Below are positions 51,594 through 59,424 of a stretch of DNA of 64,000 nt, piece after piece. The notes beneath the pieces are model-generated. The model did not search any database and was not told the origin of the DNA. It saw nothing but the letters and a program-made list of their open reading frames with translations. Within the stretch, counting starts at the first letter, position 1; the number at the start of each line of letters is the position of its first letter. A program made the position numbers and the translations under genes. The DNA lies in the NCBI GenBank assembly GCA_964410185.1, contig CAYPFM010000002.1, positions 70,047 through 134,046 of the forward strand. Direction: 5' to 3'. The DNA comes from an uncultured Candidatus Saccharibacteria bacterium (GTDB taxonomy: Bacteria; Patescibacteriota; Saccharimonadia; Saccharimonadales; JAUPVS01).

Positions 51594-52052
51594 TTATTCT
51601 GGGCGATTCAACAAGTAATGCAGCGGGTTGGTGCCTTGCTCCAAAAGGGATACATATGCTTTTGTTCGATAGAGGGCTTCCACTGGGATATCAAAGGTTG
51701 GGTTGATGACATCAGTCTCGTTGGTTTCTTCAACGTTCAATGCGGTTCCTGCATCGATTCCCATATACTCGTCAATGCTAATCACGTCGTCTTCCTCAAT
51801 AGAGTAGCCATAGGTGAGCGCCACCCAATGACCAGTGTGAGCCGAGACGATTCGCAATACCACAAAGCCCTCACTGACGCCTTGCTCGCTAGCGGCTTGA
51901 CTCAACGCTTCCAAATCTTCCTCCAGGCTGTCGAGAGCTGGTGGCGTGAGGGCCTCGGAGAACTCGAGATCAGCTAGCTGGTCGAGTAAGTATTGAAGAA
52001 TAGTGTCGTTATTGACGGGTAGATATTTTACTTCGGAGATTTCGCCTGGCAT
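51594..52052 (-). CDS. acidic hypothetical protein
   Basis: 152 aa, very Asp/Glu-rich. No recognisable domain. Lies between der and pth. Confidence 0.45.
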   Translation of the reverse strand: MPGEISEVKYLPVNNDTILQYLLDQLADLEFSEALTPPALDSLEEDLEALSQAASEQGVSEGFVVLRIVSAHTGHWVALTYGYSIEEDDVISIDEYMGIDAGTALNVEETNETDVINPTFDIPVEALYRTKAYVSLLEQGTNPLHYLLNRPE

Positions 52053-52070
52053 ATCACTAATTTCCTGAAT

Positions 52071-53432
52071 TTATTTAGGAGCGCTGGGATCCCAACGTGA
52101 TTTACGAGGATGAGACTCGTGTTTTTCGATGTACCAAAACTTAATTGGCGAGCCCGTGTAGTCCCACTTTTCGCGCATGGTGCGATCCATGTAGCGCTTG
52201 TAGCTCCAGTGCAGAAACTTGGTGTGGGCGCCAAAGACCTTGAAGCTGGGGTTGGGGTTGTCGTCTTCTTGAACGATGTAGTTGAGCTTGGGGTTGCGGT
52301 TTTTGAGGCCGGCTGGCGGATGGTCATTAACGATTTGTCGTAACCAACGGTTTAGTTCGACGGTGCGAATCTTTTGGTTGCGGCGTTCGTCAATTTCGAG
52401 GGCCAGGTCAAATAGCTTGGCAACATTTTGACCACTGACGCTACTGGTAAAGACCAGCGGTGCCCATGGCAGGAAGGCAAATTCGGTGCGCAAGCGGGCG
52501 GCAATTTGGTCGCGACTGTAGGGGTCTTTATCTTCCAGGCTGTCCCACTTGCTGATAACCAGTACCAGACCCTTGCCGGCTTCTTTCACCATGCCCGCGA
52601 TCTTTTGGTCTAGCTGAGTGCCAACTTCGTTGACGTCCATCAGCATGAAGCAGATATCGGCCTGTTCAATGGCGGACAGGGTGCGGATGACGCTGAAGTG
52701 TTCAATCCCCTTCCCGATCTTACCGCTGCGGCGGATGCCGGCGGTGTCGAGCAGTTCGATTTCCCGCCCTTTGAACTTAACCATGGTGCGGTTGATGTCG
52801 CGGGTGGTACCGGCTACGTCGGCAACGATGGCCTGCTGTTTTTTGGCTAAGGTGTTAAATAGATGAGATTTGCCAACGTTAGGGCGTCCCAGTAGGGCGA
52901 TGCGCAGACGGTCGTCGGCTTCGTTGATGGTGGCTTCGGGAATGACCTGCCCGAGCTTCTCTAACAGCTCTTCGATACCACTGTTCTGGGTGGCACTGGT
53001 CATGATGATGGTTTTGATGCCCAGACCCTGGAACTGAGTGGCCTTGGCGCGGTAGGCTTTGTCGGCCTTGTTGACGACCAGGAAGACGGGTTTTTGGGTC
53101 TTAAGGGCGAGCTTGGCGACGCGGCGGTCTTCTTCGGTAATTTGGAGGTTGGCTTCGATGACGACCCAGATGACGTCGGCACTGTCGGCAGCCTGTAGAA
53201 TCTGTTCTTGAATGGTGAATTCAAAGTCGTCTTCGGGGCTCTTCATACCAGCGGTGTCGACCAGCCAGAAGTCGCGCTCACCAAAGCTGGCCTTGGCCAT
53301 AATACTGTCGCGGGTAGTGCCAGGTTCGTTGGCCACGATCGCTTCACGCCGTTGCAGGATGGCGTTAAACAGGCTCGATTTACCAACATTGGCTCGGCCG
53401 ACAATGGCGACGATAGGAACTTTTTTGCTCAT
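52071..53432 (-). CDS. der: ribosome-biogenesis GTPase Der (EngA)
   Basis: Start at ATG 53432 (MSKKVPIVAIVGRANVGKSSLFN). Second G domain GRPNVGKSHLFN, DTAGI twice, KH-like C-terminus. Confidence 0.93.
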   Translation of the reverse strand: MSKKVPIVAIVGRANVGKSSLFNAILQRREAIVANEPGTTRDSIMAKASFGERDFWLVDTAGMKSPEDDFEFTIQEQILQAADSADVIWVVIEANLQITEEDRRVAKLALKTQKPVFLVVNKADKAYRAKATQFQGLGIKTIIMTSATQNSGIEELLEKLGQVIPEATINEADDRLRIALLGRPNVGKSHLFNTLAKKQQAIVADVAGTTRDINRTMVKFKGREIELLDTAGIRRSGKIGKGIEHFSVIRTLSAIEQADICFMLMDVNEVGTQLDQKIAGMVKEAGKGLVLVISKWDSLEDKDPYSRDQIAARLRTEFAFLPWAPLVFTSSVSGQNVAKLFDLALEIDERRNQKIRTVELNRWLRQIVNDHPPAGLKNRNPKLNYIVQEDDNPNPSFKVFGAHTKFLHWSYKRYMDRTMREKWDYTGSPIKFWYIEKHESHPRKSRWDPSAPK

Positions 53433-53439
53433 TCCTTCT

Positions 53440-53468
53440 ATTATAACAGAGGTACGGCATATTGACAA
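53440..53468 (-). promoter_or_regulatory. promoter TTGTCA-N17-TATAAT; 7 nt before ATG 53432 (der)
   Basis: The minus strand reads TTGTCAatatgccgtacctctgtTATAATagaaggaATG. Confidence 0.6.
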
Positions 53469-53485
53469 CTAAATAAAATAGTTAC

Positions 53486-54178
53486 TTAGATGCGGTTGAG
53501 GTCGAGGGGTAGGCTGTTCGTCAGGTTGGCGCCTTCGAAATCGAGCAGGCCGGCCTGTTGGCAGCCTGTTACGACGATCTTCCAGGTAGCTGGAACGAAG
53601 CGTCGAGCCGGGCAAACATTTGGTTCATCATCGGTCAGGTTGGGGCTCTGGCCATGGCGAAGCGCCCAGGAAGTGGCTTCTTGCTGGGCTACCTGCAGAA
53701 TGAAAGGATTTGGAGCAAAGTGGTTATCACCGGGGTTGTACATGAAAGAGGGTTCGTTCAAAGAGACGCTACCCTTGAGGCCGAACCAGGTTTCGTACTC
53801 TCGATTTTTACCTTGGATCATGTTGGCGATGTGCACAAAGAAGCGAACGGTACGGGCGTCGAGCAGCGCCGTCTCGAGTGTTGCGCTGTCAGGCTTCTGG
53901 ACAGCCTCGGCACAGTATTCGTCATACCCGCCTTTGCAAAGTGCTACTCCTCGGGCGGCAACAGCCAGGCCATGTTTGACCACTTCGTTTGGTAGGCTGG
54001 CCGCGGCGGGTACGCGAGAGAATTGATCAAAGAGCTCCTCGGCTACCTGGGCATACGGGCCAAAATGAGTCTCATCGACGGGTTCTGCAGGTTCGAGGGG
54101 CGTAACCCATGACAAATCAGCAAAGACTGCTTTACAGGCTTCGACTTGAGCGTCAAAACGTTCTTGATTGCCGGACAT
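53486..54178 (-). CDS. hypothetical protein
   Basis: 230 aa. No recognisable domain. Leaderless-type promoter upstream. Confidence 0.5.
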   Translation of the reverse strand: MSGNQERFDAQVEACKAVFADLSWVTPLEPAEPVDETHFGPYAQVAEELFDQFSRVPAAASLPNEVVKHGLAVAARGVALCKGGYDEYCAEAVQKPDSATLETALLDARTVRFFVHIANMIQGKNREYETWFGLKGSVSLNEPSFMYNPGDNHFAPNPFILQVAQQEATSWALRHGQSPNLTDDEPNVCPARRFVPATWKIVVTGCQQAGLLDFEGANLTNSLPLDLNRI

Positions 54179-54185
54179 TCGGCAT

Positions 54186-54194
54186 ATTATAACA
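54186..54194 (-). promoter_or_regulatory. extended -10 box TGTTATAAT; 7 nt before ATG 54178
   Basis: The minus strand reads aGCTTTTTTATGTTATAATatgccgaATG. Confidence 0.55.
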
Positions 54195-54202
54195 TAAAAA
54201 AG

Positions 54203-54856
54203 CTATAACGACACGAAAACTTTGTTGCCGACTTGTTCGAGGTTGTAGTCGCCAAACTGGGTGCGCTTGAGGGCCAGCACCTCGTAGCCACGGGCTTCGA
54301 AGGTTCGCCGGACTTGGCGGTTGCGCCCTTCGTGCATAATGACTTCCCACTCGTGCGGTTTACTGGTTGCTTCGAGCGCCAACTTACTGGGGCCATCTAT
54401 CAATTTAACGCCCTTTTCGATGGCGGCTTTGTCGGCGGGCTGCAAGGGTTTGTTCAGGGTGGCGATGTAGCGCTTCTCTTTTTGGCTACCAGGATGTGCC
54501 AGGTGGTGTGCCAGCGTGCCATCGTTGGTAAGCAAAATGAGACCCGAAGAGTCTTTGTCCAGCCGGCCAATTGACTTTAGGTGGTGCAACTCCTTGGGCA
54601 GGAGGTCATAAATGGTACTACTGCCCTGTCCGTCTCGGCTGCAGACGTAACCGGTTGGCTTATTGAGTAGAATTGTTTGGGTGGCGTTAGGTAATTTAAG
54701 TGACCGACCATTAAACAAAACCTGGTCGTTTTCGTGGACGTTGGTGCCGAGGGTGGCTGTCTGGCCGTTGATTGTGACGCGATGTTGGCTGATAGCCAGA
54801 TCGGCGGCGCGGCGGCTCAGGCCGGTGGCCGAGGCGATGAATTTATTAATGCGCAT
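54203..54856 (-). CDS. rRNA pseudouridine synthase, RsuA/RluB/RluE family (S4 domain + catalytic domain)
   Basis: 217 aa. MRINKFIASATGLSRRAADLAI (S4), GRLDKDSSGLILLTNDG (catalytic Asp motif). Confidence 0.88.
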   Translation of the reverse strand: MRINKFIASATGLSRRAADLAISQHRVTINGQTATLGTNVHENDQVLFNGRSLKLPNATQTILLNKPTGYVCSRDGQGSSTIYDLLPKELHHLKSIGRLDKDSSGLILLTNDGTLAHHLAHPGSQKEKRYIATLNKPLQPADKAAIEKGVKLIDGPSKLALEATSKPHEWEVIMHEGRNRQVRRTFEARGYEVLALKRTQFGDYNLEQVGNKVFVSL

Positions 54857-54859
54857 GGT

Positions 54860-56083
54860 TTAGAGTGCGATGTCGCCAGGATTGGTACTGTCGCCGCCAG
54901 CAGCAGGTGTGATGACGGTGTTGGTTGCGGGTGTGGCAACCGGCTCATCGGCGTTATCTTTGAGATTTTCTTTCTCGAGCAAGGCGTTCAAGTCAACTGA
55001 TGGCGCCAAGGCGTTTTCGGTTGGCTGTAGTACCAGCTTTTTATGCGACGGCGCTTCGACATTGGCACTGCTACCGCTGGCTTCGGCGGCGGCTTCACCT
55101 GACGGGTTTGAAAGAGCATCTTGAGCAGCTGAGGTTGGTGGCGCGCTGACATCAACGGCTGGCGCGCTGGCGGGGGCTGGTGGTGTTGGTTCGGCTGCAG
55201 GTGGTTCAGCGCCGGCACCAGTTGTGCCACTCAAGACAGGATTGCTGGTGATAAAGTCTTGAATTTGCTTTTCGACGCCGTTGGTTTCTTCGGCTCCGGT
55301 TTTGGTTAAATCATTGTTGATTGGCTCGGTTTCTGCTTGCGGCGCAGCTGGCTGTGTGGTGGCTGGAACTGGCGGGGTTGGCGGAACAACCACGGGCTCA
55401 GCTGGTTCTGGAACGGCTGGGGCTGATGGTGTTGGGGTCTCGAGGGGTGCGGCTGGCGCCGGCGCCGGTGCGGGGGTCGTGGCTGCCGGTGGCTCAGTTG
55501 CTGGCGTTGGCGTTGGTGCTGGTGAAGAAGTGGGCGGTGTCGCGGCAGCGCCTGCAGCAGTGAGGCCGACGGGAGGTTCTACTAAGACCGGCTCTTCTGG
55601 TTTGGCGGCGACTGGTTCGGCTGGTGGAGTTGCAACCGGTGGCGCGGCAACGACTGGCACATCAACGGGTGTAGGGCTTGCCGCCGTGCTGACAGTATCG
55701 GTCGCGGATGCGCTGATGTCACCCAAGACTTCGTGGGCAACCTTAATGACATCTTCCAGGGTGACCTGTGATTTGACGAGGTAACGGTCGGCACCGAGCT
55801 TTTCGGCTCGAGAGCGGTCTTCGGCCTGGCCAAGCGCGGTCATCATGATGACTTTGGTGTTCTTGGTTTCGGGGGTGGCGCGGAGAATATCAAGCATATC
55901 AAAACCGCTAATTTTAGGCATCATAACGTCCGAAATAATGAGGTCTGGGCGCTCCTTGACGGCCAGCGCGAGCGCTTCCTCGCCATCGTGGGCCGAGACA
56001 ATCTCGTATCCCTCGGCAACTAAACGAGCATCGTAGATTTCACGGAGGTTGTTATCATCTTCGACGAGCATTACTTTTGGCAT
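54860..56083 (-). CDS. response-regulator receiver fused to a Pro/Ala/Thr-rich low-complexity tail of about 280 aa (no output domain)
   Basis: 407 aa. VMLVEDD, LIISDVMMP, MTAL, LVKSQ. Beyond that there is only PAPT-rich sequence. Confidence 0.8.
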   Translation of the reverse strand: MPKVMLVEDDNNLREIYDARLVAEGYEIVSAHDGEEALALAVKERPDLIISDVMMPKISGFDMLDILRATPETKNTKVIMMTALGQAEDRSRAEKLGADRYLVKSQVTLEDVIKVAHEVLGDISASATDTVSTAASPTPVDVPVVAAPPVATPPAEPVAAKPEEPVLVEPPVGLTAAGAAATPPTSSPAPTPTPATEPPAATTPAPAPAPAAPLETPTPSAPAVPEPAEPVVVPPTPPVPATTQPAAPQAETEPINNDLTKTGAEETNGVEKQIQDFITSNPVLSGTTGAGAEPPAAEPTPPAPASAPAVDVSAPPTSAAQDALSNPSGEAAAEASGSSANVEAPSHKKLVLQPTENALAPSVDLNALLEKENLKDNADEPVATPATNTVITPAAGGDSTNPGDIAL

Positions 56084-56139
56084 TGATTGATTCCTTGTTT
56101 GCGCGAGTTATAACGCGGTTATGGTTTGTTGCAATTGTA

Positions 56140-57750
56140 TCATGAAGCGTCCTTGGTGGGTAGCGGCGTAAAGGAGATGCTATTGGCTTCGTTCGCCTCT
56201 AGCTCCTTGGCGCGTTTATTGTCGAGGCGCGGTAGATTAATGTAGAAGGTACTGCCCTCACCGACTTTACTTTCGACCCAGATGCGGCCGTTGTAAAGCT
56301 CGATGATCTTGGCGCAAATAAACAAGCCTAAGCCGGTGCCGCCAATGGTGCGGGTGGCCGAGCTGTCAACACGGTAGAACTTTTGGAATAAGTGAGGAAT
56401 ATCAGACTCAGGAATGCCTGGGCCAGTGTCTTTGATTGAAATCTGCACGACATCGTTGTTGCCGGTGAGGCCGATAGAAATAGTGCCTTTCTCGGTGTAT
56501 TTAACGGCGTTATCAAACAGGTTGGTAATGACTTCGCGGATGCGCTCCGGGTCGGCATGAACGTAATAAAGCGGCTTGATAATTTTGGGGCGGCTGGCTG
56601 GTATGTGACTGGCGTTGACAGTCTCTTCGTGGGTACCCATGACATATTCCATGTGCAGGCCCTTCTTTTCGGCCGAGAAGCGTAAATCTTCGACAACCTT
56701 TTCGGTGAACGTGCTCATTTCGATGACGCTGGGGTGGTCGCTCAGGCGGCCATCTTCAGCCTTGGTACTGGTTAGCAAGTCTTGGAAGAGCCGACCAAGG
56801 TGCTGGGTTGATTCGTGGGCTTTCTCGAGGTAGCCCCGCGCCTTGCTGTCGATTGTGCTGACACGGTCGTTCAGGGCCAGAGCTAGGTAGCCTTCGATTG
56901 CGGCCACAGGTGTGCGCATCTCGTGACTGGCGGTACTGACGAAGTCGGCGCTTCGCTTCTCTTCACTGCGTTCCTGACTGACATCACGGAAAATACCGAC
57001 CAGCCCGGTGACATTGTTATTTTTATCAAGCATGGGCGAAATACTAAAGGTTACGGCGACGGGTTTATCGCTGGTGTTAATGAGGACGGCGCCATTATTG
57101 TGAATCGGCGTGCCTTTTGCAAAGGCCTGGGCGAACGGATCTTGCGCTTCGGTATAGGGCACACCCTTCTGGTCGGTGATTTTAAAGACCGACTTGTAAT
57201 CCAGACCATTGGCATCGTTGGCCTTCCAGCCAGTAATCGTGGCGGCGGCCGGGTTAAACAGCCGAATCACGCGCTTCTCGTCGATGAGGACCACGCCGTC
57301 GTCGATGCTATCAATAATCAAGCTGGACTTGAGCTGTTCGAGGTGTAGGAGGGATCCCATCTTGGGGTCGTTACGCAGCTTGGCGTTTAGCTGCCACCAA
57401 TAGATGAAGCCGACGGCGCCGATGACCAACAGCACGAGACTTACCCAAAAATAGGCCGAGGCTAACATGCCGCTATTGGTGGCCGCCATGATGGTCTCGA
57501 ACAGGGCGAATATGTATGAAATCAAAACTGCCAGCCAGGGTTCGGGCTCAAAATACGAACGGCTCACAATCGCTTCGACGGATAGTTGGATTAAGACTAG
57601 TCCAGCCAGCAACGGCGTATAGGCGTGCACGAGCTTACTGCCCGATAGATGAAGAACAGTCACCAAAACAAAGGCCAACACAAAGTGAAGACTATAGGCA
57701 ATCAATGCGCGGCGTACCCAGCGCAAGGTGGAGGTTGGAGTTTGGTTCAT
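56140..57750 (-). CDS. membrane-bound PAS sensor histidine kinase
   Basis: 536 aa, about 4 TM helices, PAS (DGVVLIDEKRVIRLFNPAAATITGW). H-box SHEMRTPVAAIEGYL, N-box NLFDNAVKYT, DTGPGIP, GGTGLGL. Confidence 0.9.
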   Translation of the reverse strand: MNQTPTSTLRWVRRALIAYSLHFVLAFVLVTVLHLSGSKLVHAYTPLLAGLVLIQLSVEAIVSRSYFEPEPWLAVLISYIFALFETIMAATNSGMLASAYFWVSLVLLVIGAVGFIYWWQLNAKLRNDPKMGSLLHLEQLKSSLIIDSIDDGVVLIDEKRVIRLFNPAAATITGWKANDANGLDYKSVFKITDQKGVPYTEAQDPFAQAFAKGTPIHNNGAVLINTSDKPVAVTFSISPMLDKNNNVTGLVGIFRDVSQERSEEKRSADFVSTASHEMRTPVAAIEGYLALALNDRVSTIDSKARGYLEKAHESTQHLGRLFQDLLTSTKAEDGRLSDHPSVIEMSTFTEKVVEDLRFSAEKKGLHMEYVMGTHEETVNASHIPASRPKIIKPLYYVHADPERIREVITNLFDNAVKYTEKGTISIGLTGNNDVVQISIKDTGPGIPESDIPHLFQKFYRVDSSATRTIGGTGLGLFICAKIIELYNGRIWVESKVGEGSTFYINLPRLDNKRAKELEANEANSISFTPLPTKDAS

Positions 57751-57878
57751 GAATATGTGGAGTTGTACAATCCTTTACCATAACCATTATGTCATGCTCC
57801 TCTGTTCGGGGCAACCGCCGCGGCTGGCTGGAGTATTGTCGTTTCACCTCTGTTGTGATAAGATGTTGCGGTCGTTAC

Positions 57879-57953
57879 GGTCTCTTCGTCTAACGGTTAG
57901 GACACCAGGTTCTCATCCTGGCAATACGGGTTCGATTCCCGTAGAGATCACCA
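57879..57953 (+). tRNA. tRNA-Glu (anticodon CUC), CCA encoded
   Basis: GGTCTCT-TC-GTCT..AGGAC-A-CCAGG-TTCTCAT-CCTGG-CAAT-ACGGG-TTCGATT-CCCGT-AGAGATC-A-CCA. The D arm resembles E. coli tRNA-Glu (TTCGTCTA...AGGACAC). Confidence 0.9.
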
Positions 57954-57993
57954 ATCTAAAAGCCCCAGCTCGTCTGGGGTTTTTAGATTGGTG
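57949..57993 (+). terminator. 20-bp hairpin/terminator that includes the tRNA 3' end
   Basis: CACCAATCTAAAAGCCCCAG-ctcgt-CTGGGGTTTTTAGATTGGTG. The core GCCCCAG/CTGGGG plus a T5 run acts as a terminator. Confidence 0.75.
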
Positions 57994-58139
57994 CTTTCAC
58001 GTCGTGAAAGTCGAACCCGTGGGTTCGTAGACAAGGAGTGCGCGCAGAAGTTTACTTCGAGCACGCGACGCAGGCGCAAGCCTGAAAGGCTTATCCCCGT
58101 AGTTCAATTTCTCGTGCTATGCCCACGGAGCAAATTTGA

Positions 58140-58778
58140 TTAGCGGATTTTGAAGACGTAGGTGGCCGTTCGCCACAGGCGGGTTAGGCAGTATAAGCAG
58201 ACAGCTATAAGTGCCCAGCCAGTCAGCGCGAATTTGTAGGTGCCAATTTTTTGATAGCTGCCGATGGTGATGGCGGCCAGGCTGTTGGCGAGCGGTAGCG
58301 CTACAACTAGGAAGACAAGTAAGAAAATAATCAGCACGAACCAGGCACAGACCAAGTAGGCGTAATGAGCGATTTTTGAGTGCCAGTAGCCTTCCCGCCC
58401 GGCGGACTGGACGTAATTGCTGGCTTCGACATCTTCTTTGGCTTGGTGGTAGGTACTCTGAACCGACCAGACAATCATGTACGCAATCGAACCAATGAAG
58501 GCCCAGACCACCAAAACGGCCAGCTTGCCAAAGATGTCTTGGTGTAGGTAGTTGGTTACGAGATCGAAGTGAGGTTGCAGGGTTTGGCTGGCGGTTTGTG
58601 GACTGACTTGCGCGCTATTGATAGCTGTTTCCCAGAGCAAACGGGAGTTGCCAATGAGCAGAATAATTAGACTAGCCCCTGCAAGGGCCACGACTTCCAC
58701 CCACGACGGCACTAAAAATCTGCCAAAGGCGTGATCAGTTTGGCTGTCGTTAAAGCCGGTTTGAGCAGGCTGCTTCAT
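58140..58778 (-). CDS. polytopic membrane protein (unknown function)
   Basis: Start chosen at in-frame ATG 58778 (MKQPAQTGF), which forms an ATGA overlap with the upstream gene stop. 4-5 TM helices. Confidence 0.5.
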   Translation of the reverse strand: MKQPAQTGFNDSQTDHAFGRFLVPSWVEVVALAGASLIILLIGNSRLLWETAINSAQVSPQTASQTLQPHFDLVTNYLHQDIFGKLAVLVVWAFIGSIAYMIVWSVQSTYHQAKEDVEASNYVQSAGREGYWHSKIAHYAYLVCAWFVLIIFLLVFLVVALPLANSLAAITIGSYQKIGTYKFALTGWALIAVCLYCLTRLWRTATYVFKIR

Positions 58779-59326
58779 ATATATCTTGCTAATAACGAGC
58801 GTCTTATTAGTAGTAACCTCAGTAGAATAGCATAAACGTGTACGCAAAATACGGGGCAGATAAGCGCTGCTAATAGCGCCAAGCTGGGCTGTTGGTAGGC
58901 ACGCTCCGTCCACGGTAGCACCACACGCAGCAGAAAAATGGTGTAGTACATGGTTACTACGGCGATACAAAGACGGAACAAACTATTTTCGATAGAAAAC
59001 TCCAGAGGCCGCCAGCGATTCTTGGCTCTCCGTTTTGAACGAAGGCGGGCCAGATCGTCGCCGATTTCGCTGACAAAATTACGGGATAACCAATAGAAGA
59101 TATAGATGCCCACGCCTAAGAACAACCAAAAACTGACAAAAGAAACAGTCCTCAGCCAATCACTAACGGTTTGCGACTCGGGCGCGTTGGCGAGCAGATT
59201 GTGATAGACAAGAAAAATGACTGCCACGGCGACAGTTTCGCACAAGAGTTGGCGGCCAGTGGGACGCGTCCAAGCCACAAAATGCTTAAGATTAACTGAG
59301 GTTTTTGTGGTCGGCGCACGTTTCAT
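58775..59326 (-). CDS. polytopic membrane protein (unknown function)
   Basis: 183 aa, about 4 TM helices. Confidence 0.5.
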   Translation of the reverse strand: MKRAPTTKTSVNLKHFVAWTRPTGRQLLCETVAVAVIFLVYHNLLANAPESQTVSDWLRTVSFVSFWLFLGVGIYIFYWLSRNFVSEIGDDLARLRSKRRAKNRWRPLEFSIENSLFRLCIAVVTMYYTIFLLRVVLPWTERAYQQPSLALLAALICPVFCVHVYAILLRLLLIRRSLLARYI

Positions 59327-59349
59327 TAACCATTAGTGTAATCCGTCTC

Positions 59350-59358
59350 TGTGGATAA
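59350..59358 (-). promoter_or_regulatory. perfect DnaA-box 9-mer (TTATCCACA on the minus strand) upstream of 59425
   Basis: The + strand reads cTGTGGATAAg. Fourth copy of the CTGTGGATAA 10-mer. Confidence 0.45.
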
Positions 59359-59424
59359 GCAAACTGCTTGTGTTATTGACAACGAGTGGTTTTCAGCTGA
59401 TAAGCCGCTTAGATAAGGAAAAAT

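Noticed and set aside
58012-58030. CGTGGGTTCGTAGA downstream of tRNA-Glu resembles the tRNA T-arm/acceptor (ACGGGTTCGATTCCCGTAGAG). This raised the idea of an att-site duplication from an integrated element.
   Set aside because: The similarity is only about 11 nt with a 7-nt gap. No integrase, phage or plasmid genes flank the tRNA, and the neighbouring genes look native.
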